From: Cycas panzhihuaensis
Lineage: Eukaryota; Plantae; Cycadophyta
Length of the DNA stretch: 64,000 bases
NCBI GenBank assembly: GCA_023213395.1
Contig: CM041465.1
Coordinates: forward strand, 204,235,741-204,299,740
Direction of reading: 5' to 3'
The position numbers were made by a program, and so were the translations under genes. The notes beneath the pieces were generated by a model. It was given only the letters and a program-made list of their open reading frames with translations, was not told where the DNA came from and made no database searches. This document shows positions 39,311-53,031 of the stretch, piece by piece. Within the stretch, counting starts at the first letter, position 1. The number at the start of each line of letters is the position of its first letter.

Positions 39311-42300
39311 TTGTAACCCTTTCTTTTAGAGAAAATACCTATCATAATCACCTTGCCTTGTGTGAACTATTTTCCTAACTAGTACTTGCTCAATCTCTTT
39401 CCTCTTCTTCCTTACTATTTGCTATCTCTAATTCACCTCTTTTTCCTTTTCTTCTACCTCGTCATCTCTTTCATAAAAAACATACAAATTAAAAACATTA
39501 AAAATATATGAAATATCAAGATTATAAGGTATATTCATCTCATAAGCATTGATATTAATTTTCTTCACAATCCTATAGGGACCTATCTTCTTATATTTTA
39601 ACTTATTATATGTACCTTAAAAAATTTTGTCCTTCCTTAAGTATAATACCATCACCATTTTCTCTTTTATAAATACATAGTTTTTCCTATTTAGATTTTC
39701 CACTACCTTATATTTATCATTGTTGTCTTGTAATTTTCTCCTCACCTCACTATGTACCTATTGCATGTATTTTGTAAAGTCTTCTATATAATCACTTATC
39801 TTGTCACGAATGGGTAATTATGCAAAATCTAATACTCTATTCAAATTTTTATAATACATAATATGATATGGTGACTTGTAAATCTATTTACAAAGTTGTT
39901 ATAGGAAAATTTAGTGTGTGTTAATGCTAAGTCTTGTTACTTTGAGTTCTCTCCAATAACACAGCTAATAGGTTTCCTAAACTCCCATTTACTAACTCTG
40001 TCTACCCATTAGTTTATGGATGGTAGGCACTACTAAATTAGAGCTTTGTCAATAATTTCTTTCATGATATTCTCTAGAAATGACTTAAAATTTTGGTAAT
40101 TTTATATGAAGTGATATCCTTTGATACCCCATGTAACTTAACAATTTCCTTAAAATATAAATTTATTATTCTTGTTACATCACTAATCTTTCTACATGTA
40201 ATAAAACAAGTTAGTTTTTAAAACCTATATATAGTAACAAATATAGAGTCATTACCTCATTAGGTGTTTGGTAATTGTAATACAAGATTCATGCTCAAAT
40301 TTGTCCATGTTCCCTATGGCATGAGCAATGATATATGTAGTTTAGTATTCTATGTCCCTTAGCTACTTAACAAATCTTGCAATTTGCCACATATTTTACC
40401 ATATCCTGCTTTATCATTGGCTAAAAGCACTTCTCATTTACCAAAGCTATGATCTTATTCCTACAAAAGTTTCCTCTAAGTCCTTCGCTATATAATTCTC
40501 TCATAATATTATCCCTCATAGACCTAACTAGAATGCATAATTATTTTCCTTTGAACAAGTATCCATCTTGCCTGAAGTAGCCATCATACTTGAACTCATT
40601 TGCATTAATTAAGGGATTCTTTCAATGTTCAAGAGCTTTACTAAAATCTAGATTAATATTATATAAAACCTTTAAAGCATCAAATACAACCACTTCGCTC
40701 ACTATAATGGTTAATGGTGCTACCCTTTTGCTCAATGCATAAAAAACTTGATTTTGTTTTCTTAATTTCTACTTTAAGATGAAAGTAAATCCCTACAAAT
40801 ATGACACCTACTTTGTATGCCTAGGATTTAATTAATTTATTTTTTTCATATTTACATACCTTAATACCTAATGGAATGTAAACAAGATAAACTCCTTAGA
40901 AATAAGTAATGCATCTAATAGCTCAATACTTATACAATAATATAAAACTCTACATCATAAATAGAATACCTCTTTCTTACCTCATTCAACATTTCGTTGC
41001 TATATACTATTAGCCCCCCTTCTTAACTTAATATGACTCTAATAGCCACATGTGAAACATCACAATCAACCTTAAATACTTTTTAAAAATCTAGTAGTGC
41101 CAATATAGGTGCCTTTGCCATATTTTACTTCATCAACTTGAAACTCTACTTTGCTACCTTGGTCCATACAAACTCCTTTCCCTTTGTACGATATTTCAAA
41201 GAAGCAATGATGCCACTAAATTTTCTAATAAGCTTCTTATAAAATATAGCCAAGCCATAGAAACTCCTTACCTCTATTATATTATTAGGTATAGGCCATT
41301 CAATAATGGCTCTAATCTTCTCCTCATCCATATGTAATCTATCCTGAGATGTTACAAATTCTAAAAATGCTAAATTACTTAGTATAAACTTTTATTTTTT
41401 CAAGTTTACATGTAACTTCTATACCATTAATATATTTAACACCATCCTCAATTATATTAAATCCTTCTTCTTAATTTTACTGAAGACCAAAATATTGTTA
41501 AAATATACAACCCCGAACTTGCTAATATATAGTCACATAATGATATTTATTAGTCTCATGAATGTTCACAAGGCATTTGACATTCTAAATACCATGACTA
41601 GCCACTTAAATAACCCATATCTAGTTTTAAGTGTCATATTCCATTTATTGCCTTCTTAAATTTGACTATAGCAGTAACTATTTCATAGGTTGATTTTGGT
41701 GAAATAATTTATACCTACCAAAATATCTAACATATCATCCATTTAAGGGATTAGGAACCTATACCTAATTTCAATTTTATTGATCACCCTATAATCAATA
41801 TGCATCCTCTAAGAGCCATCTTTCTTTGGAGTAATGTGTATAGAGTCTTACATGGACCTATGCTCTCTCTCACCATACTTTTTTATATTAACTCACCCAC
41901 CTGTCCATTCAATTATGCATTCTTTGATGGGCTTAAGTTATATATGGATTGATTTGGTACTGTAGATCCTATAATCAAATCAATCTCATGTTAGATGCCC
42001 TTCATAGATGACCACCCATCAAATAATGCATCCAACATCATATCTATATACTCTATTAGTATGATTGCTACCTCATATGGTACTTATACTCCTTCTTTGT
42101 TGACCTTTCTTGCCACCAAGGCATAATATATATTAGCAAATTTTCTTTTTTAAGAATTCCTTTCTTATCAATATAGTATTTGTTTGTCTTTCTTCCTTCA
42201 CATGTGGTAACATGACCTTTACACCATTCTTCCATAAGGTGTAAGTATTCTTTCTCCTATCATGATAACCATTCCTATCATACTGCCATGGGCTCCTTGA

Positions 42301-43570
42301 TAACACATAGTATATATTTATTATAAGAATATTTCACTACACATCATTGTCATATGTATGCCCATAGCAAATTTCACTAAACATCTCCTAACCACTGCCA
42401 CCTCACTCCGTTTCTTCACCTAATAAATTCTATAAGGAGTTGAATGCCTTTTATAATGTAATCCTAACGTTTTTACCATCTCAATAGAAACCATATTTTT
42501 ATAACTTTCAATATTAATAACAACTTTACAAATATTATCTCTCAAGGTATATCTCATTCAAAAAATATTATTGCATAGCCATGAATCATCATTTGCATTT
42601 GTTTTTCCTTTTTCCTACACTTGACCTTACCTAAGATTAATTAGGATTCTCCTTAATATGAAATTCTTCCTGATGTCTATTACAACTTTTGTAAGTTATT
42701 GTTTAGCTTAAGCCAAGCTCAATTTTGATTATTGCCCTTAGTTTCTAGGTTGATCATAATACTAAGGACATTTATATGACTTATGACCTTATTCATTACA
42801 TATAAAGTTGATAATAGGCCTCCATGGTATATTACCTCCTCTACTAAAGCCTCTACCCCTCTATGATCCTTAGAAACCTCTACTTCTTGGCTAGTTTTGG
42901 AACCCCTCTACTCTCATCTCCTTAGTGATACACCTTGCCTCTCCATCTAATTGGATGATTTCCCACGAGAGTAGTTAAAACCACCCATGCCTTTGAATGG
43001 GGTTAATAGACCATTTCTTACCATAGATGATTTTTTAGTAGGATTTCTATTTTATTTCTCATTGGCCTTTAATGTAAGCTAATAAGAATCTTCAATACTA
43101 TTCATTCTAAGCATGCTAATTTTATTCTAGATGGAAAGCTTTAGGCCATTTACATACTTGGCAATTATGTGCTCTTTTATTTTTTCATGCTTTACCCTCA
43201 TAGATAGATTATAAAATTTATCTGTATAGTATTAGACACTCATCTCTCTCTATCTCAAGTTTTAAAATTTTCTACATAAGGTTTGAGAGTATCCCACTAA
43301 AAGGAATTTCCCCTTGAGCTTCTTTATTATGTTACTACAAGTTCTAACCTTATCCTTCTTGTTTTTTTCCCTCTCCTTTTGTAAGTGATCCTACCATATC
43401 ATTGAATGACCTTTCAATTTGGTGCATGTAGGTTTGGATTTCTTTTCTTTTATTATTTCTTTCTATTCAAATATTTTTTCTATATTGTTTAACCAATCAA
43501 CTAACTCTTTAGCCTTTAAGCTATCTCTATACTCTAATACATCATGTTTCACTCCTTAGAAGTGAAATGG
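38950..43570 (-). pseudogene. CRM-like gag-pol remnant
   Basis: Same motifs as listed for the CRM-like element; only short ORFs such as 41146-41331 survive. Confidence 0.85.
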
Positions 43571-43574
43571 TTCA

Positions 43575-45200
43575 ATTAGTGAGATATAGAACTATGAAAT
43601 AAAATAAAAAAGGTAATATCAAGTGGACTCAAGCATGGGAATTTTTCTTAAATAACACAAAAATGAAGGTTCTTAATAAGCTATTAGGTCTAAGAAGATA
43701 TATTTAGGGGTCTCATGGCTTAATGCAGATTAGTAAGTTCCAAAGATCACTGGATAAATATAGATGAGGCTTCATGCAGACTCATGGGGATAAGCACCCA
43801 TGAATATGATAAGTACTCTATAATGATGATAAGCATGCTCAAAATCAGTATGTTGCTAAGGTTATTAGGTCACTTATATATAAATGCATTTAATGCTTTA
43901 ATATATAAACTTCAATGCTTTAATCCAAACATAATCAACAACTTCAAGATATCATAGATATATTATCAAACACACTTAAGACTTTAATGCTTTAATCCAC
44001 TTAACTTCAATACTTTATTTTGATCAACATCAAGATGATAGATATTTTAATAATATCATAAACACTTTTATCTAAATAATATGATCATAGACTAAGATCT
44101 AGATAAATATGCACCTACGTAATTATAGATATTGGTCCCTTATAATCAAATAATATGACTTTGCCTATAAAAATAATATCACATATATGCATATAGATCA
44201 TATACGTGATCTGAAAAATAAATATTCACCTAAGAAAAAGATGTGAATGATCAGTAAACAAATGCATGAACCTTTAAGAGAGATGTTAACTTTATTCAAA
44301 CACAAACACAAGTGGTAATTTGTATTGCTTGAGACTCGGGAACAATGAGATTTAATACTGGTCTAAAACACAATTACTGTTGAGAAGATCATAAACATAA
44401 AGATTCAGAGATCAATGATATAAGTTTGTAATATGATAATGAAATACAAGTAAGATCAAAGGGGTAGTTCTAAAGGAAGTAGAATCAGGAATATAAACCC
44501 CACCTTAAACTTCTTATATAATATAATGTGGCTCTAGTATCAATTGTTAGTGCCTAAGGATACCCATGTTTAAATACTAAGAAGACAATAGAGAAAGGAA
44601 GAAGTAAATAGCAATAGGTTTAATAGAGGTGTGGTCTTTATAAATAGTTAGATCAATAACCCTATAGAATAGATATGTGAGACTACAGGGGTCTCAACAC
44701 ACACCTCAAAATCAACTTGCATATGTAAAAAGAATTGAGATTAGGTATAAGATCAATATAGATATTTTATGGTTTAAGTGAAGAGTTTTGGATTATAGTA
44801 GTGGAAAGAGACTAAAGGAGTTGTGTTGGATTTTTTTATATGAATCCTTCATAATGGTTGATCTATATTGATTTATTATTTAAGCTTTAGTTGGGATCTA
44901 TAAGGTTTCTCTTATAAAACCTATTATCTATGATGGATTCTATAATCCTTTTAGACTAAGGGATATTTTACTTTATTGGGTTCTAATCTCTTTGTTAATT
45001 CCTTTTAAGTTTCCACGTGGAGTTATTGAACCCATTCTTTTGGAGGTATTCTATAGTTTTCATTTCCTATGGGGATAGTATTGTGAGTTGAAGGGGTCAT
45101 GGGCCCCTATAGAATTAAATAATAATGCATGATGGTGAGGATTTAAATGTTTGGGGTCTTGCTAAGTCCAAACTAGAGAAAAAAAAAACTAAAGGACTAG
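43575..45200 (-). mobile_element. Fragment of a different LTR element (leader, tRNA-Met PBS and LTR end); boundaries approximate
   Basis: The minus strand at ~44550-44530 reads CTAACA-AT-TGATACTAGAGCC, an LTR end plus degenerate TGGTATCAGAGCC; short AATGCTTTAAT repeats at 43890-44010. Confidence 0.5.
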
Positions 45201-45207
45201 ATTAATT

Positions 45208-46704
45208 TGTTTACCCAAATTTAGGCCTCTTGTCCTCAATTAGATATGATTCTTCTCTATTTCATTAGATCTGCATAAGATACTTGTCATTTGTCTTATG
45301 TTATATCTGATGACTTGCATTTTCTTATCATTTCACTTTATATTATATTTTGACTAAGCATTTGCTTACTTTTTCCTTTGCATATCACATGCTCTACTTA
45401 CTAATGATGGAAATGGGATTTATTCTTCTATAACACCCATGTTATAAAGGAATAACTTTGTAGGTTAAGTTAACACCTATGACAGTCACACTAATATATT
45501 TATTCTATGGCAATATCTCTTTACTTTATCTTACATTATCTTTTAGCTCCTTTAAATGAACATATTGAGTTGACACGAGTTTGTACTCCTTTGAATTAAC
45601 TTATATCAATTAAATATATGTTAATTACCTATCTATGTTAGCTATTATATGAGTTAAATATGAGTTAACAACCTTTCGAGTAATTTGTTTGGGTCAATAT
45701 GAGTATGTTTTATCGATTTTCATCCACATTATACCTCTTTTTACCTCTTTAGCCTTGAGTTTAAATGCAGTTGATTATTCTATATAGTCTATTTTGTAGA
45801 TCTCCTTGAGTACATATGAAATAAGTGGTCATAGGATAAAAACAAATACTATATGAGGATGTTATACCGATATTAAGTTTTCATCCTCTCCTATTGGCCA
45901 TTTTTATGACTCTTAAGACTATCTTTATAACTAAAAAAGCCCTTAAAAATACCATAGATCTTTCTCATTGGTCTTTAAAATCAACTTCATGATGAATTTA
46001 GAGATTTGTTCTTCTCCTCGCATCCTCTTTATTCCACCATAAATGTCTTTCGCAATCTTTCCTTTTAGTAATCTTCACAAGTTTTAGTTACTTGTCTATG
46101 CTTAAGCAAGGCCCTTAACATATACCCTACTTGCTTATGCTTGAGTAAGGTGCTCTTTATATGTAATTTTGATTATCATTTATGGATTCACCGTTGTCTT
46201 CCAATGGTAGTTTAATCACTTCTCCCTCTTATAATTATTTCTTTGGTTTGATTATTTATCTCTTATATTATTTCTTTTTTGTTCATAGTTCATTATTGCT
46301 TGCTTATCACATTAGAAGATCTATTAAGTGTTTGTCTACTTGCACTCATACATAACCCTATCCCTATCTTGAGACAATCCTCTTTCATCCTCAAACAAGC
46401 TCTCTTTTAAGATTTCTCATATTAATAATTAATGGGTATTTAGTAATATGTTCCTTTATGATATTATTTAGTAGGAAGAAGATTAAGAAGGAACCTCACA
46501 CATATATGCACATTAATAAGGGCTCATTATAAAGTAGTAATCTAGGTAATAACTACTCATATGCCTTGTTTGATTTACTTTTGGGTAAAAGAAGAAACAT
46601 GTTAATTTATTTTAGGGAAATATATAAAGTAAATTTATGTGATAAAAGAATCCTAAAAATCCTTACTAAGAGACAATTTATTATATACATACGAATACCT
46701 TTCA
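45208..46704 (+). repeat. LTR-like direct repeat, copy A (~1.5 kb)
   Basis: TGTTTAC...CCTTTCA termini; colinear with 51569-53031. Confidence 0.8.
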
Positions 46705-47070
46705 TCACATATGAGGATAATGTTCCTCATAGGAGTGAATTTTATTCCTCTCTTTTAAGATAAATCTTAGTTGTAGATATTATACTAGATTCGACGAATG
46801 AAGCCCCCTTCTTAAGAAATTATTTTGATGATTGTAATAGGGATTCACTTACTCCTTTGTTGTTTCTTTTACCCTAGTTTCACCTCTTGAAACATGCCAT
46901 TTTAAACAAAAAAAAAAAAAAAAAAAAAAACCTCGCATAGAATGGTAAAAAAATTAAAAATTGAAACACTCACAATGCAATGTAAAAAAATAGCATGGTT
47001 TATATACATTGGGAACTTTATTTGAGAGTGCCATATGTATCTCTACTAGGATTTTTCAACCAAGACAGTC

Positions 47071-47741
47071 TATAATATTTTAAAACATGGTCAAAACTAT
47101 ATCATGTAACCATTCAAATCAAAGGTCTTTAAATAAGGATTCTAACAGTTTAAATAAAAGTTAATTCCAACATCTGTATCAAAAGTTATGACTGTTTAAA
47201 GTTTTCAGCCTATTAATTTTTGGAGAATTTTTGACTGACTTCTAGTCTTAATTTTAAGCAGGTTTATCCCCCTTTTCTAGACGATTTCTATTACTATATT
47301 TTAGTTGCCTATTTAAGGAGGATTTATAGCCTCATTTTGGCATCAATGGAGTAGTTTTGGACTTCCATATTTTTGGCCCTTTTGGGGAGCATTGTGGAGG
47401 GACCATATTTTTGGCCCACAATGCTCTAAAAAAGGGCCAAAAATATGGTAGTCAAAAACTTCTGTATTGATGCCAAAATGAGGCCAAAAATCCTCCTTAG
47501 ATAGGCAACCAAAAGATAGTAATAGAAGTAAACCAAAAAAGGGGGATAAACCTACCCAAAACTAAGACTGGAAATCAGCTAGAAGTTCTTCAAAAGTTAG
47601 TAGACTAAAAACTTTAAAGGTCATAACTTTTGATATAGATGTCAAAATTAACTTTCATCTAAACTATTGGAATCCTCGTTCAGAGGCCTTTGATTTAAAT
47701 GGATATACGGTATAGTTTTGACCATATTTTAGAATGTTACA
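47071..47741. repeat. Long inverted repeat / foldback (arms ~327 bp, 18-nt spacer)
   Basis: 47071-47397 is the reverse complement of 47416-47741 with mostly transition mismatches; ends TATAATATT.../...AATGTTACA. Confidence 0.92.
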
Positions 47742-50009
47742 TGGCCCCTAATTAGGGTCTTAAGATCTCTATTAACCATGTATTTCCTCTTCAAGCTCTT
47801 TAAGAGCCACACTTACCTATATTGAGTTCATAAGCCCTTACTTCATTTACTGGTATATAACCTCAATTCATCCACATATGTTCTACCTTAAATGATATTT
47901 TTTTTACATTTTCTCATATTTTTTAAGGTGTAGACTTGATGTAAATTGAAATCTAGTCTTAGATATAAGATCACAACTCTAGATCTATTAGTCTTTAGCT
48001 CACAGCTTATCGTACGTTCACCCATTATGATCGGCACTCTCCCAATTGATTGGTATTTTCTCATTAATATATCTACTTAAATATTTAAGTTCTCATACTT
48101 GTGGGAATTTATGGTTGTTGAAGCTTTAGATTTTGCCCCAAATATGAGATCATAGCCTTAAATTACTTGATACTTCACTTATGCTCTCACTAATATCTAT
48201 TATTTATCTTTATGCATTCTTTGCGAGTAGAACTATGACATAATTCATTTATTTTAGTTTTTTCTAATTAGATTTTGAAGAATTTATCAATTACGAATCA
48301 CTTGAAATCTCTCAATCATAGTCAAACACCCATAGCCTACTAATTAATGAAAACACATAAATGACAAAATTTTTTATTAAAAAATTAAAATTTTAATGAA
48401 GGTTCATATAAATATTAAATTAGATTTAATAAAAATTTGAATTTGCCTAGCCCTCAAATGCTTAACTTCTAGTCATATGCTTAATTCATGTGATTGGGAC
48501 CTAAATATAAAAGTTTCTAAATACAATTTTACACCTTAAACTCATTTTTTTAATGATATGCCTTCATTATTTCACATATAAATTTTACATACAATGTCAA
48601 AATTCAATTTTGTTCAAACCATAAGAAATTAGATTCAAGTAATTTCAAAATAAATGGTCATATAGACCCCTTTGACACTAGGAAATATAATTATTTTTAC
48701 AATGAAGACCAAAATTAATTCCACTATGCTGGTGGTAATAATATTAAGAGTTTGTCTTTTCAGTCTCTCTTTGAAATAGGCACTCTTTTGTTTCCTTTGC
48801 CTTTGGCTTCTAATTTCCTATAATCTTTCTATTCATATTTTATTTACATTATCGAGCTTCTCTTTTGTAGTGTGATTCTTATAAAATCCAAAAATTTGTC
48901 TTGAAACCCCTTCCATAGATAGTGTTGATCCTCGACTTATAAGGTTATTATAGGAGACATTCTTGGGAAAAAACATACACTATCTTGTACTACTTTATCT
49001 TTGATAAAAGTTGAAATTAGTCCACCCATATGATCCTTAAAGTTCAAATTCATTTTATCTCCTCCACGTAAGCTATCAGTTCTAACCCTCTCATATAATC
49101 ATTAAGAACTATTTCATCTAGCTCTCTCCCTCTCATATAACCATTGCTATGCTCTCTACCTCTCTCATAAAATATTAAGAACCCACTTATAGGTCCCTTA
49201 TAATAATCTTCTACCTTCTTTGATTAGGCTTTTATCACTCTCATAATGTAATCTTTCAAATGAATACTCTTAGTTCTACCAAACTTAAATGGCCCCATTC
49301 CTATTCATACTTCCTAAATAATGTTATTACCTTTTCCTCTTTCTTAACAAGCTTAAACAATGAATATATATATTCTAACATTAAGCCTAAAAAATCATAT
49401 AATCAAAACTTAAAAATTAATGTTGGTAGACTTGAGTAGGTCCTAATATCAATATTGATGTGCTTACGCAAAGGTTATTATTAATATTTTATGTTTCAAA
49501 GACTTAAGAAAAATAAGTAATATAAGAAGTTCAAGTTGTTTTATCTAATCTTATGGGGGCATCTACCAAATATCCTCTTTCTCATGTGGATTGCCATTCT
49601 TTCCCATAGCCTTACTAAATCCCTTGACTATGACATCAAGCTACTCCCATTTCCATACCTACGCTCAACTAATATTTGAATCCTTTTACATAAGATGTTT
49701 AACCTGAATGGCCTAACATGAGTGTTTCACAACCTTGTCATGCTTACTAGCTCCCTTTATTGTAATACCAAATTATTCTTGGATAATATTTGGAACCTTC
49801 TACACCATGTATTCTACAATTCAAGATCCGCCTATATGGAGGAAATACTTCATTTCCCACCATTGGAGCATTAACTATGTAATGAATATAAATTACAATT
49901 ATGAATCACTCTATAATGAGAATAAACTATAACTCTAAAAATGTAAACTAATAAAGAGCATAAACTATGATAAGTTACACACAAACTCTAACGTAAGTAT
50001 AAGGTGTCT

Positions 50010-50012
<3 letters not shown>

Positions 50013-50079
<67 letters not shown>
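50013..50079. repeat. (AT)n microsatellite
   Basis: Perfect AT run of about 33 units. Confidence 0.98.
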
Positions 50080-50085
<6 letters not shown>

Positions 50086-50177
50086 CACATTTTAAAACAA
50101 AACATTTTGACAACCATATAGTAGTCACACTCATAAATAAATTTACATATGAATAGATATGAGCCCATATTTCTCTA

Positions 50178-50612
50178 TGTTAACCTCTAGCTTGTGTGGA
50201 ACATGAGTTAGAGCTCATATGAGCAACTCATTATACATACTCTTCCATGAGTATGGACTTAGCATATACACATTCTCATTTCTATATCATTTGCCTCTTG
50301 TTACTCACGCATTTACTAGTGTGATCTCTTATGATTCCAATAGTATAGGATCACTTGGACTACTCAATTACATCCTATTATCCCCTTCACATATACTCCC
50401 TTGTATTGATATCCTTAACCAAAGTTAGGAATCATTATCTGATTGGCATATTCTTAAATTCCCATAGTTTGGATTAATAGAGTAGCTATGTAGGATATTA
50501 TTAGGCGCATGTTTTGTTAAGTATGCACATAACCAATTTACTCATAAGGGTAAGCATCCTTAAGTGGATTGATTTCTCCTCACTCACACTCAAACATAAT
50601 ATTTATTTAACA
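50178..50612. mobile_element. Possible solo LTR (~435 bp)
   Basis: TGTTAA...TTAACA termini with flanks CTCTA/CTCTC (4/5 match); no second copy in the window. Confidence 0.35.
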
Positions 50613-51568
50613 CTCTCACAATAAGTTTATGAATGGGTTTAATAATGACTAATTCTTAAGCTTCATTCATCATTTACTGAAATGTAGACTTCAGTTGTTA
50701 TACACAAAAACTATTATAAAATATTTGATATGGCTCACATAAAAAAGATTATAAAATTTGTCAAAAAAAGAGAAATAAAAAATAAAAAAAAAACACTTAT
50801 ACATATACATCAACATAACAATGAGTTCAATGGTTACTGGCTTATAATTCTTGTAACATTATTCATCAAATTATAGACCTTTGAGTGACCATATGTATAT
50901 ACATTAACCTAACTAAAGAGTTCAATGGTGGATATTTTATAGCCTCATATTATCATTTATTAAACTACAAGCTTGATCAATATGGGTTTTTATGAATGAT
51001 TATTATTATAGCTAGGTGGTATGAGTTAAGGAAATTACTACTTTGATCTAAACAGATTTCCACTTGTTAGCTAATTCTTGCATACTCCTACATCTATAAG
51101 ATTGTACTTCCTAATATAATTCTTAAATTATTACTATATTCCTTATTGCATTCTTCATTCACATATATGAGGGAAGCCAAGGAAATCCTAGTCTTTTTAC
51201 TATTGTTTGGATTATTCAAAACCACACAGGTCATGCTATATATAGTGTAGGATTATTCATCCTCACTTACATAGTTAGGATATTATTCGTTCAATTTTCT
51301 ATTACCTATATTGTTAAGATACCTCGAGAATAAAGTTCTAAAGAAGCTAACTTAATCAACCTTATATTAGAATAATACCTTTCACACACTCACAATATTG
51401 TAAAACACACATCATGGGTTTGATTCCCAGTATGACACACTCATGTAGATCCTTGGCAAGTTATAGAATCTTGGTAATGTTGTATGTATAGATGCAAGAT
51501 ATATGATATTATCAATGTTTATTTTATACTATATTAACTCTATAGAATGCTCTTACTAAGGAGATAAA

Positions 51569-52791
51569 TGTTTACTTGATTTTGGACCATTTACTTTTAA
51601 TTAGGTATCATTCATCTCTCTCTCATTATATATGTATATGATCCTTGTCATTTATGTTATGCTATATTTATTACTTGCGTTCACTTCTCATTTTATCTTA
51701 TACTATATTTTGACTAAGTATTTTCTTGTACATATTACATCCCTTTCTTGTCAACGATGGAAATGGGATCTATTCTTCTATAACACCCATGTTATAAAGG
51801 CATAACTTTGGAGGTTGAGTCAACACCCATGATAACCATTATGATATATTTCTTTTATGGAAACCTCTTTTTACTTTATCTTGCACTCTTTTTTGGCTCA
51901 TCTAAGTGACCATATCAAGTTGGCATGAGCCCACACTCTTATAAGTTAACTTATATGGGTTAAACATGAGTAAATTATCTCTCTAAGTTAGCTATCATAT
52001 AAGTAAACATGAGTCACCCTTCCTCTGAGCAATTCATTTAGGTCATGAGTACTTTTATAATTTTTCAACCACATTAGGCCTTCTTTTACTTTGTTGATCT
52101 TGAGTTCAAATATAATTCAATGTTCTACAAAGTTAATTATATAGATCTCATTGAGTACATATGAAATAAGTGGCCATATGCTATAAATGAATAATGTATG
52201 AGGATGTTACACCCATATTAAGTTTCCATCTTTTCCCATTAGTCAATATTGAGACTCTTGAGGCCAACTTTATAACTAGAAAGGCCCTTAAAAATAACAT
52301 AATTCTTTCTCATAAGTCTTTAAATCTAACTTCAAGATGAATTTAGAGATTTATTCTCCCTACACTCTTTTTATTCCACTATAAATATCTCTCATAATCT
52401 TCTTTTTTAGCAATCTTCAGGAGTTCCACTTGTAAGGCTCTTCACATATCCCTTGCTTGCTTATGCCCAAGTAAGGCATTCTTCAGATTCAACACTGTCT
52501 TCTAGTGGTAGTTTGATCACTTCCCTCTCTCACAATTATTTCTTTAGGTTGATTACTTCTATATCACATTATTTTATTTTCTTTTATATTCTCTTCTCTC
52601 TTGTTTGTTATCTTAGAATATCTATTAAGTGTCTATTGGCCTGCACTCATAAATAACCCTATCTCTATCTTGAGACAATCCTCTTTCATCCTTATACAAG
52701 TTCTCTTTTGAGATTTCTCATGTTAATGGTTAATAGGTATTTGGAAGTATTTTCCTTTACAATATTATTTGACAAGAAGAAGATTAAGGAG

Positions 52792-52845
<54 letters not shown>

Positions 52846-53031
52846 GCATTAATAATTGAGTAACAAATTAAGTAAGATCTACTCATATGCCTTGTTTAAT
52901 TTACTTTTAAGGCAAAAGAAGAAATGTATTAATTTATTTTAGAAAAATATACAACATAAATTGATGAGATAAAAGAGTTATAAAAAACCTTACTAAGAGG
53001 CAATTTATTATACATATATAAATACCTTTCA
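51569..53031 (+). repeat. LTR-like direct repeat, copy B (~1.46 kb)
   Basis: TGTTTAC...CCTTTCA; preceded by purine-rich AAGGAGATAAA; colinear with 45208-46704. Confidence 0.8.
52793..52840. repeat. (CA)24 microsatellite
   Basis: Perfect CA run inside repeat copy B. Confidence 0.97.

Larger units (their letters stand above)
27174..43570 (-). mobile_element. Ty3/gypsy CRM-like chromovirus, 5'-truncated, split by the nested element at 27857-38944; left boundary approximate
   Basis: Minus-strand gag (ELVDWLNNIEKY ~43500), RT (PKKDGS.RMHIDYRVINKI, YRFLIP.MDDMLD), VRSFYGLAIFY (41146-41331), and INT at ~39400-40500. The pol end ELSSL.EMEDDV runs through the PPT into an LTR starting TGATG at 27819, a CRM hallmark. 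Confidence 0.8.

Noticed and set aside
45300-45320. CTGATGA as a hammerhead ribozyme core (retrozyme)
   Set aside because: Not conserved in repeat copy B, and no matching stems or GAAA arrangement were seen.
49965-52886. ORFs with YIYIYI (49965-50168) and VCVCVC (52692-52886) runs
   Set aside because: These are translations of (AT)n and (CA)n microsatellites.
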